DNA of 63,851 nucleotides, counting the filler, from Bigelowiella natans CCMP2755 (taxonomy: Eukaryota; Protista; Cercozoa): NCBI GenBank assembly GCA_000320545.1. It is 4 parts of 4 records of this genome, joined end to end, with 100 filler letters (N's around TTAATTAATTAA, not from the genome) between each part and the next. Parts side by side here need not be neighbours in the genome. Positions count along the whole stretch, not along the records: positions 24,410 to 52,666 come from ADNK01002506.1; 3 more parts are not named here. The stretch is one strand, 5' to 3'. The position numbers and the translations under genes were made by a program. Of this stretch, positions 27,540 through 42,300 are shown piece by piece. Numbering within the stretch: position 1 is the stretch's first letter; each line of letters starts with the position of its first letter. The notes beneath the pieces are model-generated. The model worked only from the letters and a program-made list of their open reading frames with translations, had not been told where the DNA came from and made no database searches.

Positions 27540-28920
27540 AGAAAGCTTCAATGGCACAAAAAAATCAATCGCCATCGCATTCCCACGCATCTCGATCACC
27601 ATGGTCTAGCACACACATACATCTGCACTTCACAGCATGCTCAGCTTGGTACATGCGTGCTACATATGCTGGTGCACGTGTGCACATCACATTCATTTGC
27701 GCTTCGCAAGGCTGTGCGTGCATGCGCATGCGCATCGCAAGGCTTGACTCCAGAACTGAACAGATGGAGCCCCACTCGCTCTTGTGCACTCACAAGTTGT
27801 GTCTTCATGTTGAAGTGCAAAATGTTCGACTAAGCACCACTTTCACGTGTAGACCATTTGGGTCATTGACTAACTAGACACGCGCCACATGCACGTGTGC
27901 ACAGTGCACAGCTCTAGCTGCTTGCGCTAGTCTGTTCTCTGTGCATGCATTGTGATGCATTGAGCATCTCGCGAGCATCTCTGATGGTCATGATGACTGC
28001 TTCCCTTGTCGCTGACAACTCACATGGTTCCGAGCGCTTCGCACCTTCTGCAGTTGCGCAATCATTGCACACTTCGTGATCTGGATGCATTCCAACATGC
28101 TGTGCATCCATTTGTCTCTGCGATCTGTTGTGTGTTTCATGCATTCAAAATCATCTGTGTGTCCGGTCGTCGATGTCGTGCAGTGCGTGATGCAGCAGTT
28201 CTTGCCTCTTTTTCTGCTTCAGTCAGTTGTCGCCATCGTTTCGATTCACAATGTGCACAGCCATGGCGTTGCACAATTGATTGCTCAATCTGAGCTGTTG
28301 GCATTCGCGTCCATCTCGCATTGAAGGAGATGATCCATGTCTTTCACGAGACGACACCACACGCTAGCACGCATTGCGTGCTAGCGTGTGTGTGGCATCT
28401 GCGCCTCAGAGTCACATTGTCTGTTGCATGTCCTCGGGATGACACAAGTTTCCCAAGATTGCCGACCCCACAGATGGCACGCACCCATGTGATTGCAACA
28501 CACTTCGGCAATTTCAATCCAATGCCATTGATTTGAGAGGATGGAAGGAACCCAAGATTTTTCAGCTGCATGGCTCTCATTGAATCGGTGAACAATTGTC
28601 GGTGAACCATTCTAGCATTCTTCTTCAAAGACAGAGAGCAGAGGATTTGATCATTTCACGATGCTGCATGAGCATCGTGCAACCATGTCGCACGTGGCGC
28701 ACTGACTGCGCACACACAACACTGCTACATTGTGCACACCGATGTGAACAGATGAACTGTTTCAGTTCATGCACGATTTGAGACAATGAAACAATGAAAC
28801 AATGATGAAAAACTACATTTCCAAAGTGTAGCAAGACACTTGCAGTGCAGAACAATGAGAACAATGACAAAGAACTACATTTCCAAAATGTAACAAGACA
28901 TTTGCAGTGTACGAAACGCA
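27540..28920. repeat. TpA-depleted decayed intergenic/repeat domain
   Basis: Across 27874-28724, TA occurs only in CTAG (6 sites). A 40-bp direct repeat lies at 28811/28873. Confidence 0.55.
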
Positions 28921-29169
28921 GTGCCTCGAACTAACTTTAGTGAGGACTATCTAGTGAAACCAAAAGGAATCAAGAATGGCATTGTGGCCACTCCTCCGTT
29001 CCTAGTTTCATTGTTTTAAGTGCCTGATGTTTGCCAACTTCAGGATCACGCATCCCTAAATCCTGTCGTGATGGTTAGCTCATGCTTGGAGATCACCAAG
29101 CAAGAACACCACACCTACGACCCCCAAGAGCACAATCCCATGGACCACACCTTCGTGGTCTACTTCATA

Positions 29170-29870
29170 CCTACCACAACATCCCCGGCTTTTGCGGAGA
29201 CATTGCCCTCACTGGAAGGCATGAAGATGGAGGAGGATGCATTCTTCGTTCCTAGTCCATTTGGACAGCGAGCTTCGCAATGACCACAGCATCCCCGGCT
29301 TTTGCGGAGACAAAGCCCCCATCATTGCAATTAGAAGCACTAACTTCACGCCAACCACAACATCCCCGGCCCAATGGAGACATTGCCTGGAGGGCATAAA
29401 GTTTGAGGAGGACACCTTCATCCTGATGGGATTCATCCAGGGTGAATCTTGGATACAGATCCGAAAAGGCTTCATTTGGCATCCAATTCTCCGGTGGCCT
29501 GCCCCACCGGTGAACAGGAATGTGGTACAGGGAGGGGAAAAGCCACCCTCGTAACCGAAAAACCCACCACCCAGTACCAATTCGGCGAATGTAACTTTGA
29601 ATCTTGAATACAGATCCACACATCCTTCATATGGCTACCGAGTCACCGGTGGCTGGGGCGACAAGTCTGTCTACCCCACCAGTGACCAGGAATGTGGTTC
29701 AGGGGTAGGAGGTGACCAACCCCCCCGCCCATTACCGCATCGCACCAATTTTTTTTTTTCCGAATGTAACTTTGAATCTTGAGTACAGATCCATACATCC
29801 TTCGCCTGGCTACCTAGTCACCGGTGGCTGGGGCGACATGTCTGTCTGTCCCACCGGTGTCCAGGAACTA
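29170..29870. repeat. Degenerate tandem repeat array, two unit types
   Basis: ACCACARCATCCCCGGC...GGAGACA at ~29173, 29283 and 29354. A ~105-bp unit CGAATGTAACTTTGAATCTTGA.TACAGATCCA...GTCACCGGTGGCTGGGGCGACA at 29586 and 29761, with a diverged copy near 29443. Confidence 0.85.
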
Positions 29871-31069
29871 AACGCTCCCCCGCCCATCACCGCATCGCGC
29901 GCCGCATCGGCGAATTGAGGACTAAAAAGTTTAGAGGTGTGCCAACTGATTTGTTGTTGGATGCGACCAAGTTTTCGCACGGTAACTCTTCTTTAGGTCA
30001 TCATTACACATGTGCTGACCCACATTGGTTGACCACCCAAAAATAATGTAGACACATTCTCGTACTCGTACGACTGTAGTCTGTCTGCCGGAAGATGAAA
30101 GGATGGATTTTCGCCCTGCGACAACATTTCTCCGACCATTCTTTGCGCTGCGACAAGCTTTGATTACGGTGGAATCCAATGCGAATTTATTCGTACGACA
30201 AGAAGAAAACGGATCTTTATCTGACCAAACGGCAATATTGATAAAGGAAAAATGGAGTCCAACACGAAAGGCCTGTTCTTCCTTCTCCTGATACTTCCCT
30301 GGTTGGGCCACGAAACTATTATGAGTGACAGTTGTTAGATGTTTATTTTTCTGTATTTCCTCGAATCACATCGTGTGAAGGGGACCATCCTGTCACAGAG
30401 AAACCTTTCAATTGCCAAATTGCTCGCTATCTTTTATTCCAAGGGAAGGCCGAACTCACACAAAGAAGGCCTCTTTGTGTTGTTATGGGCTTCTTCTTTG
30501 TATCGAAGAAAACATATTTTCGACTTATGTATCTATGGTGTCGCGTGAAGCGGTTGAGAGGGCCTGTGGAAATCACAACCGTGCTTGCTCCTCTCGCGAA
30601 GTAGTACCCTACTTAAAATGCAGAGTTGCAGCGCGATAGCTGAGCTTCACAATGCGCGACAGAATAGTATTTCTCACCTTATATGGAGCGTTTCACTGTT
30701 GCCCTTGCATTTTAATATTGTGAATAATTAACGGTCGTACCACAGGTCAGGTGCACAGCGTGGACATCAAATCCGCCAGAAATGCGGTATGCGGGAGGGT
30801 ATAGCTTCTGCTGTTTTTCACACCGCAATCCCTCGTAGGACCGCCTTTGGTCTCAGAAGGTACCGTTTCCATTTTAAGTATCATGTCTATCCTACACACG
30901 CATGCGCAGTCGTACTTAGCCATGCATTCAAACATTAGTTACAGGAGCGCTATTATTCTGCCCCCCGCCCCCCCCCTTCCCCCACAATGTCTTCCTTTCG
31001 AGGAACATCCGTGTTAAGAACTTAATGAATAGGCGTATTTAAACTAGGCTCGTCACCGGCAGTGGCTTC

Positions 31070-31556
31070 ATGCATGCCCCCCCCCGCAGCACACTGGCCA
31101 GAAACGACCAAAGCGAGCGTGTCAGGGCAGGAGGACGTGGTGGTGGTTGGGGGGGGGGAAGGTCGCCCCAGGGACGGGGGGGGGGGGGCGCGGGGAGAAA
31201 GAGTGCAGGGAAAGTGGAGAAGCTGCCATCCAGCTTTCAGGAAATCGGTATCGCGTCAGTGGTCTACAACCAATTGGACAAGGCCTTTGGGATTGTCAAG
31301 CCCACGGGGATCCAAACGGCGGCTGCCCCCGAAATCTTGCGGTTCTCCTGGAATCCTAACAACGATCCCGTGCACGACCTGCTCATCGAGGACAGAACGG
31401 GGAGTGGGAAGACGCTGGCGTACATGCTGCCGATCCTCACGAACGTCGACAACTACACACCGCAGCTGCAGGCCGTCCTGTGCGCGCACACGCGCGAGCT
31501 GGTGGTCCAGATGAACTCCACCGTAATATAGTCGTCGTTCGACTTCTGCTCAATTT

Positions 31557-31620
<64 letters not shown>

Positions 31621-32566
31621 AGAGAGAGAGAGAGAGAGAATTTTGAATTTCGAATGTTGTGGACATGAGTTGTTGAGTCAACTTGTTTTTCCCCGTAACC
31701 ATCGCTGCAGATTCAGGAGCTGTGCAAAGGCGGGAAGAAGAGGCGCCGGGAAAATCCCATTACTGTGATGGCGAGCGAGGGCAACGGTGGCTGGAATCGT
31801 GAGAACAAGGCCGATCTTACCAGGTGGGGGGGAGGAGGAGGAGGGGGGGGGGGGGGAACATACGTACAATGAATATAAGCCCAAGAGCGATTCGAAACGT
31901 AAAAGATGCTTTTGCAACATTCTCTTCTATACTGAGACACGCCGATGACTCCCTCCCTGCGACATGCTCAATCGCAGCGAGAGGAGTGTATTCATCATTT
32001 CCTCGTAATTTAATCCACACGGTTGGCGTCTGGCAAGTCCGGCCAGAAGAATAGTCGACGAATCATCGTTTTTCAAGCACGCCTCTCCCCCACCTTCCAC
32101 CAGGTTCCAGAAGAACACGCCGCACATCCTCATCGCAACGCCGGCCATGGCCGAGTGGCTCATCTCCAACTCGCGCGACGTGACTCTCGTCGGATTGAAG
32201 CATGTTGTTCTTGATGAGGTTGACCAGCTCCTGTCAATGCAAAACCATCGGTATGCGACCGTCGCTAGGGAATGCACACGCGCGCGCGCACATTTTATGC
32301 ACTTACTTACTCACTCGCACCGCCGTTCCTTTCTTCGATGCCATTATTCAGAGAAGGCGCCGTGTATCTGATGTCCAGAGCCTTGGACTACGCGTCGCAG
32401 CTAATCTTCGTTAGCGCCACGATAACTAGCGATGTGGAGAGGGTGTCAAGGCAGTATATGGAGAACCATCCAAAAAGAGTACGCGCGCCAGCTACATCAA
32501 GGTAATTCGACCTTGCAAAGAGCCTTTATCTGTTTCAGATCGAAAATAGTGAAAACTTTCTCTCCC

Positions 32567-32644
<78 letters not shown>

Positions 32645-32861
32645 GCAAAATCCCCCGCAACTTCGGGGGTGGTGATGGTGGTGGTGGTTGCCTTTGCGCG
32701 GTACGATGGGCGAGGGCAGTTGTGAAACGTGGGTTTCAAATCTGCATGCAGTCGCAGTTGCAGTTGTTGCTGCTGCTGCTGCTGCTGGGAAACTCTGTTC
32801 TGTTTTTTGAGCGGTACTAACGAGCACGATCTTGGTTTAACTGTGGATACATCCGAAAGAG

Positions 32862-32904
<43 letters not shown>

Positions 32905-33928
32905 GCATCACATCACCACCATTCACCAATCTCACCCGGTCTTCTTTCACCCTCTCATGTCCGACGCAATGGACTCCGTGCTGCCTCAGGTACGAGAGCT
33001 CCTCGAGCAAGCTTCCCGCGCGGCTGCAGCACACGTATCATGTCCTCAAGGAAGAGGAGGACCCCGACTTCAAGATGCTCAAGCTCGCCCAGCTGCAAAA
33101 GGCTTTGACGAGGAAGAGGCGCCCTCCAGGAGAGACGCTCAAAGAGGTTATTGCATTGTTGTTGTTGTTGTTGTTGTTCTCGTTGCTGCTGCTGCTGCTG
33201 CCGTGCTTCGCAATATCTTGATTAGTGCTATCTTCTCCCAATTCTGAGTTGGAGTTTTTTTAATCGATGGTGCTGCGGCTGCGGCGGTGGTGGCGACGTC
33301 GCGTCTCTGCCCCCAACTACTATTCCCAGGACGTGACGACTCTGCTCGTGTTCATCAACGATGCCACGCGCATTTCCGAGATGGTGTACCAGCTGAAGCA
33401 CACGCACGGCATGAACGTGCGGGGACTGGGGGCCAGGTCGACGAGGGAGCACTACGCGACGATTCTCGGCGAGCTCGCCGAGGGGCAGCTGGACATTCTA
33501 GTCACCACGGACTTCCTCGCGCGGGGGATGGATATGTACGGCGTCACTGACGTCGTCAACTACGACCTGCCGCGATCGGCGAACATGTACTTGCATCGAG
33601 CTGGAAGGTAAATTTTGCATGTCTGCCTGCTCGTTGTTGTCGTTTGGCTGCGGCGGCGCTGGGCTGCGGGTTGGAGACAGTGACGTTTTTTCCTTGGGGC
33701 GTGCCTTCCGGTGTAGAGTGAGTTTAGGATTGGTTTTGCAAACACCTCTGATCGTTACCACACAGGGCCGGGAGGATGAAGGGCAAGTTCTCCCACCAGA
33801 GCCACGTCGTGTCGTTCTGCGAGCCGAATGGGGACCAGAAGAAGTTCCTGCAGGACATGATAAAGGCCCTCGATAACAAGGCGCAGCGCATCTGGATAGC
33901 AGAGCGCAAGCTCACCTACGGGACGTAA
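31070..33928 (+). CDS. DEAD-box RNA helicase, DEVD variant (RH47/RH58-like; start uncertain)
   Basis: Q motif GIVKPTGIQ, TGSGKT, HTRELVVQ, ILIATP, VLDEVD, SAT, LVF, TDFLARGMD, YLHRAGRAGR. Confidence 0.92.
31560..31639. repeat. (GA)n intronic microsatellite
   Basis: Direct read; one example of dozens of di- and trinucleotide SSRs. Confidence 0.95.
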
Positions 33929-35060
33929 CAAGGACGGACAGCAAGTTTAGATAAAATTCATCCACTTTGCTGTGAGAGATGACTGATCACATGGCATGCG
34001 TGATGTATAGCAGTATAGACCGCACAATTAACATGTAAAATTGCGTGTCACTATACGCTCCATAGCCGATGTACCGCTCTATGGTGACGATATATGTACA
34101 AGCATAGCGACTCTAGCTCAGCGTAGCCTACATTCAAACATAGCTAGATGGGAGTGATGCAGTCATGGTGCTGGATCGCGCAGCCTAGCACGTCTCAAAG
34201 CACGTACACAAATCATGTCACGCAGGTCTAGAGGTGATGAGCGGAACTAAAACGTGTGGCCGGTTGCTAAAGCTAACATCATTTTTCCGAGCATGCGTAT
34301 GCACACGATGACAGCCCGCCATGCCAGTAGTGATGGTGTGTACAGTATACCACTAGCCCAGCTAGCTAGCCAGGTTTCACCCATTGATCCTCAAAAAGCA
34401 TGTGGTGCGGTGACGCGCAATTAAAAAAATGTATGCTGGCATGATAACTGCAATGTGTGCATGTGCGCGAAACACGCTCGTATCTAGCTAGCTAGAGCCA
34501 GCTATGAGACGGACGAGATGTCAAAAATTCTAGAATTACATTTTTCCCCATCAACACATATAGTCATCGTGATAGTTAGCATTAATAACAAAATCAAAGC
34601 GCGCTTTAGCTAGCTCTATAGCCATAGCGCTAAGGTTTTGATGGATCGTCGATCGTACTTGCGCTACGTACTATACCGATGCTATATGCACCATGATAAC
34701 AATAGCAACAATGAGCGAAACGACGGTCTACACTAGTACATAGTCGCAGCTGAAGCCTGTACGAAATAAGCACTCATGCATGCTCTCATCATCATCAAGA
34801 TAAAATAAGTTTCATATCATTTTCTTCAACAATCCAGTCGCACATAAATGCGTGCTCATCATGAGACGCAAGATACACAGCTCCTCCTTAACACGGATAG
34901 GGAGAGAGAGAGAGAGAGAAAGGGGAACATGGCCAACCATGTCTGTGTATTAAAGTGGTTGCAACTGACACTACCAGTTGCTAAATCGTCGCAATTAAGT
35001 GACGGAATAGCAGGCTTCATCGTTCGTATACTCCCAGGAGAGAACAGCATCCGAGGAACT

Positions 35061-36667
<1,607 letters not shown>

Positions 36668-37046
36668 TTTAGCGTTGTCGCGATATTTTCTGCTGGAGCG
36701 GTAGCGGGATTCTACCCGCCGGGGGATTTCGTGCTGCGTCAAATGCAGCGAGCCATTGTTTCAGTTCCGCGGCTTCCTTTCCGGAACCTGTTGAATCATG
36801 GGCAAATCCTGAAATCCCATGTTTTTTTTACACTACGACATCGCTCCCTGGTGGGTCGTACGAGAAACCTGGAGCTCGGCAAGTAGAAGGCGAGAAGGGA
36901 GGGCATTTTTGGACAATTTTTTTTTCGAAATTTAAAAAACTGGTGGGGTTTCAGTGCTAAGACAACGGCATTCCCAGGAATTTGCCCCACCGGGCCCACA
37001 TTCCAAAATCCAAATCTACCCTCACGACCCCCCACGGCCCACGGCC

Positions 37047-38389
37047 ATGCAACGCATGTTTCGACTTTTGCGTGGATCAAGAGGGGCTGTGTGCCTCGGC
37101 GTCGCCGGTGCTGCTACCGCTGTGTACAGCGGTGTTGTTTCCACCGCAGAAAAGGCTCAAGGCTGGCCGGAGGCTCCGGAAGGGGGTGAGCGCCGCACGT
37201 TCCACGCCCCCGACGGGACTGTGAAGGCAATTGAAACGATGCTCAACTATCAAAACCGACGAGGGGTTCAGTCTTCTCTTCTCCGCAATGGTATCGTGGG
37301 CACGGGAAGGGACAGCAAGGGCTCGGACAGAGGTAAATACGCTGCTTCATCCTCAGCCAACATCCACACGTAAGCTGACCCGTGTATCCCCAAAATTTTC
37401 CAGGGCTTTTCGGCACAGACTGGGCCCCCACAAAGGTACGCGTCGAGAATGCTCGCGCAATGGAGACTACTCCAAGCCTTGATCGCGAAGGCTTCACCTT
37501 GTTGCCTCAAGACGTGGAGGCGGAACTCGGAAAGGACTTCAACTTCTATAACGACAACGATATCATACAGAGATACTACCCCAGCATCGCTGAGAAGGTC
37601 AAGAAAGCAACCGGAGCGACCCACGTCTACGCCTTCGACCACAATGTGCGCTGCGCGAGCGGCAAGAAGTCCGGAAAGAAGCTGGAAGGTGGCAACGCTG
37701 TCCAAGGGCCCGCGCACATCGTCCACACCGATTACACCCTTACCAGCGCCCCCAAACGCCTCCGCGATCTATCCAACCCCCCCAAAACCAACGATACATG
37801 GCGCAAGCTTACGGGTGGCAAGGATCCATTAATACCGAAGGGTAACGTCGAGAAGGCGATGTCAGAGAACGGAAGATTTGCGATGGTCAACGTCTGGAGA
37901 AACATCAGACCAGAACCAGTGCAGCGCTTCCCTCTGGCGGTGATGGGGGCTCAAAGCCTCGATATAGACGACCTCACGACGTTTGAGATACACTACACCG
38001 ACCGGATTGGCGAGAACTACTTCGTGCGGACGTCGAAATCCGAGCAGGGGGGGCACAAATGGTACTACTACCCGCAAATGCAGCAGGATGAGCTGCTCGT
38101 CTTTAAGCAATGGGACTCCGAAGGAAAGCTGCTCACAGATGCTAAGGATGAAGAGACCGCGCGGAAGCACGTGCCTCCCTTTTCTCACCCCCCGCCCCAA
38201 TTCTGCGCGCATAGCGCCATAGTAGAGCCGGTCACTGACGAAACAGCCCCAGATAGAGAATCCATAGAAGTCCGATGCATACTCCTGTACTTAGATCAAG
38301 AGCAGAACCGCCGGAATCGAGCGAAATGGTCGTCAACCCGTGCCGCAGCGCCATGGTCCTCATTCTTGAAAATATTCGGCGGAAAATGA
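37047..38389 (+). CDS. CmcJ/NvfI/AsaB-family (GA4-desaturase-like) oxidoreductase with probable mitochondrial leader; one intron 37333-37403
   Basis: LDREGFTL, YYP, VYAFDHNVR, VHTDYT, RFAMVNVWRNI, PLAV, HKWYYYPQM..DE.LVFKQWDS, HSA, RESIEVR. Arg-rich amphipathic N-terminus MQRMFRLLRGSRG. Confidence 0.88.
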
Positions 38390-39325
38390 GAAGGCAGCAA
38401 GCAGCAGGGCTAACAGGGGGGGGGGTGCAATGTGGTTGTAGTGCGAGTTTTCGCTACGACACAGCTAGCTTAGCTGACGATGCGCTTGCATGCGTAGCAG
38501 AGCGTTTCACAGCCAAATCGTAATTTTCTGACACTGCTGTCCTATCCCAAATATCTCACAATCATTATATTGTATAGCGAATCATCAATGTTATCATTAG
38601 ACATATAGACACTTATCTTTTGTTGGCAGCGTGCACGTAGCGTAGCAATGAATTGATAGAGCTATCGTCGTAAGTACGCAACACTGGCAACGCTATTATT
38701 ACACAGACACAATATGCGAGACGGATGTAATGAAGTGATTAAATCTTTCCCATGGTCATCCTAGTGTGGCTGTGTGGAAAGCAGCGGTCACAGCGCTTGT
38801 GCTGTCTAGCTGTATCTGTTTGTCCCTGCTATTATGTACATGTGCACAGATAGCACCATATGCATGTATCCTCCTGCCGATAAACAGCGTTACGAGGCTT
38901 TTGCGGTAGTGCGGCGCGTTACCGCCTCATGCTACATAGACACTCGACAATTACATGCCACATCATCATTAAATGATGTTGATGAACCGAAGACAGAGCA
39001 GGCCACACCTATTGATCGCCGATGAGAAATTTGCGCACATACGGACAAATCTAGACGACGTATTATGCTTGCAACACTGGCCGTACGTGTTGTCATCATA
39101 CGTGCATTGAGCCATCAAAGCAGGCTATTTGCCATTATGTGTTGTAACCGAAATCTTTTTTTAATTATTCACTATATTGCTGCCGAAATCCCTCTATACA
39201 AGCGATGCGAATCCGGCGGCTGTATGTTTTTATCATTGGTTGGGTGAAGCACGTGATTCACGGTGGAGACCGCAGTCTCCGATCCACCTCATATACACGC
39301 GGAAAGTGGTTCGATTCGATGTGCA

Positions 39326-42300
39326 TCACATGGCGAGAGTTAATGCTTCTGGGCTGGGGCATATCCTGTGCGTCAGCGCGTACAGCTTCTTCTCGATGAA
39401 CTTGATTTTCATCCGCAGGCGAGACGACTTGTCCCTCTCGAGCTTCCACCTGTTGTTCGAAGCGAGGACGCGGTCCTTCGCCTTCCGAATCTTCGCGCGG
39501 AGTTGGTTTATGCGGGCGATCTGGTTGGGAAGGAAAATAATCGTACAATGACATCTTCCTCAGGACGGATAACTCTATTGGCACCACACCAACGCCTCCG
39601 TGCCAACAACGGTTAACGACGAGGGGCCATAAATACCTTTGACGCCGCTTGGATATGTAACGCCTTATCGACCTGGTGCCTGACGACTCTAGCGGCCCGA
39701 TCGACGTTCTGCCAAAACTGAGAAGGGAGAGGGGGGGGGGGGGGGGGAGGGAGCAGAGAGCGAGAGGATTAAACAACCTCTCCTTTCTATGGCCGGATTT
39801 CTCTCGGTGGGCGCCGTATTTGTCTGTCGTACCTCTTCCTTTTCTCGCTGATATCGGCTAGATTCTTTGCCACCCCCGCAGAAGTAGTAGACCTCTCCAG
39901 GAGTGCCTAACTCGTCGTTTTATTATTGCACAGCAGCAGAGCAGCAGCAGCAACAACAACAACAACACGTCCCTTCATACCACACCGTCTCTTGCGTGTT
40001 TCTCCCAAGAAGAATCACTCGCGTTGTTACGTACAATTCTCGTGCACAAACGCACAAATTAACCCCCCACCCTCCTCCCACCACCCCACAACCACACCAC
40101 CACACACCCCCCAAAAAAGAAAGTGTGGAGGAGCAAACACTTTGAAGTGGGAAAAAAAACCCAACATGCAGCTAAATCTTTTTGACTCGCTCTTACTGGG
40201 TCGTTGGTCCTCAGTTGTCGAGTTTGAAGTGGTGGTGCCGCTGTCGTCCCCCCCCCCACATGCGCACGTCATCGACCCGTTATTTCTCGCGCGCAGGCCA
40301 CCGACGCATTGCCTGGTTGGGGATACCCAATTGAGTCAAGCACGAAAACCTGGCAGTGCACGCCTCCCGAATGCAAAGCTACGCAAGGTGTACCTTGAGC
40401 GTCCAGGAGTGATGTAGTAGATATCGATCAGGCCGGGGCACAAGCTGATCCTCTCGAGCAAACCGTGCCCTTCTGAGTTCTCGTATACTAGCTTCACGTG
40501 CTCCTTCCGACATGCACTGATTAATTGGCCAGGGAGGGGTGGCGGGGATCAACGAGCAGCTTTTCCATGAAACAAAACAGACGAGGAAAAAGAGCCGCAT
40601 TTCGCGAGCAAACGCGCGAGCAGGGTGGGGCAAATGTTTGGAAGCCGCTGCTCGATGAAATATCAAAGCTATGGAATCGCTCTCGACCGAGGCCATGTTA
40701 GAGAGAAAAATGCTATGAGATCCACCACCTGACGATGTACTCGGTCCCATCCACGCCTTCGAGTACAATTTTGCGGTCAACGCTCTGTCAATAAACATCA
40801 AGCTAGGTGAGACACCGAGGGTTGGAGCTGCATCTGTCGGTTCCCGCATCTTTGCTATTGTTACTGTTGCTGCCGCTGCTGTATTATTCACCCGATTGGA
40901 GCTCAGAAGCTCTGAGACTGGACGAAGGATCTTCTTGTCTAATCCCTGTAAGACATCCCGTCCTCGGTTCGCCTGAGCCCCCCAAAAAAGACAGCGGTCG
41001 TCAGAATTAACGGAGATATTGCCGCTTCGGGCACGTTGTGCATTATCAGCGCGTTAGAAGCACACCTTCTCAACGTCCTGCAGAATCGATAAGATGCGGT
41101 GGAAGAGGACCGGGATGGACGCCAGAAGCTCGGTTTCGTCCTGCCCGAGGCGTGATTTTCGAAACGACGGGGACGACCACCACCACCACAACAATAAGAA
41201 GAAGAAGAAGAAGAAGAAGAACAGCGACAACTCAACCTCGTGGCTTGGATTGGGGAAATGCTATGGCATCTATCTGTTACCGGCCCAATAGTCAGGGCTT
41301 GGCCGTCTACAATGGAGCTTCGATCGAAGCGGTTGACGTAGTGCGTTTTCCAATTAAATCGAGCAATGTACCCCCGAACGAGCGTCGAGCTGTTGCCCTG
41401 ATTGAAAAACGCGATGCAGCACGGTCATAAGCTCCCTGGACAACACCGCAGCACAGAAGGACATTTACCAGTGCGGGCCTAGGGAGAACTCGAAGGGGTA
41501 TTGCACTCCTAAAGTTGGTCTCCACGTGTTCTTCTTTCACATCACTGATTGAACGTATCGAGCTCAGCGAGCGGTCAGCAAGGGCTTCGTCAAAAACGGC
41601 ACTTACGGGATGTAATCTGATTTTGCCAGCAGGACCTTGCTGAGGTCAACCAACGGGTCGCTCTTCTCGGTTTCCGGTCCTGCCCCGCTTGCGCTGCAAA
41701 ATCGAAGCATCAAAGCAAGAGAATACGGCATCGTCGATGGAGCGTGTGAAGCAATGCAGCCACGGAACGTGGAAAGAGAGTGCCATTCGCAACGGTTCTA
41801 AACTAAAGAGGAAAATTCCATGCTTAAATCGAAGCCCCTGGATTCAACACCTGTGGTTTGAGGGGTGATTGTGCTCCTCGTCTTGCTGGTCGCGAGTTGC
41901 TTCCCGAGCGGCCCGCCGCCCTCTCAGAGCAGCGAGGAGAAGAGGTCCTGGTCCACCGTCCATAGTTTAATCCGCAAGCCTGAATGTAAAGACTGTGAGG
42001 ATGATATTGACCGCTCGCGGATGCTCTCCACGAGCCCACTGAAAACGCAGGGAAGGGCACTTCGTCCCGAAACGCGAGGGGAAAGTGCCAGGAAGGAGGC
42101 GCTGGGCTTGAACCCCTGCATCGGAAGCGGTCGGAACGGTAGGTCGCGGATTATTGTGAAGTGGGAGGGGGGGGGGGGAGGTACCTGCGGAAGCTCTCAC
42201 TCTCTGGATGTGTATGTGTGCTACTTGGTGTCCCTGCTGCAGGGCTTGGGTTGTGTAGCCTTCGTACGACTATCCAGATAGCTCTGTATTATTTAAATAC
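39326..42300 (-). CDS. Hypothetical multi-exon coiled-coil protein (5' end uncertain)
   Basis: In-phase exons NVDRAARVVRHQVDKALHIQAASK|IARINQLRAKIRKAKDRVLASNNRWKLERDKSSRLRMKIKFIEKKL. Further GT-AG bounded segments upstream. Confidence 0.45.

Noticed and set aside
25211-28724. CpG methylation decay as the cause of TG/CA excess
   Set aside because: CpG remains common (CACGTG, GCGC, TCG). The missing dinucleotide is TpA.
29170-29870. CRISPR-like array
   Set aside because: Repeats are long, degenerate and irregularly spaced, with no cas genes, in a eukaryotic context.
29931-30935. Minus-strand ORFs upstream of the helicase
   Set aside because: No recognisable motif or consistent exon chain.
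42100-42121. Pol III B-box-like GGTTCAAGCCC on the minus strand
   Set aside because: No A box or cloverleaf could be built, so no tRNA is called.
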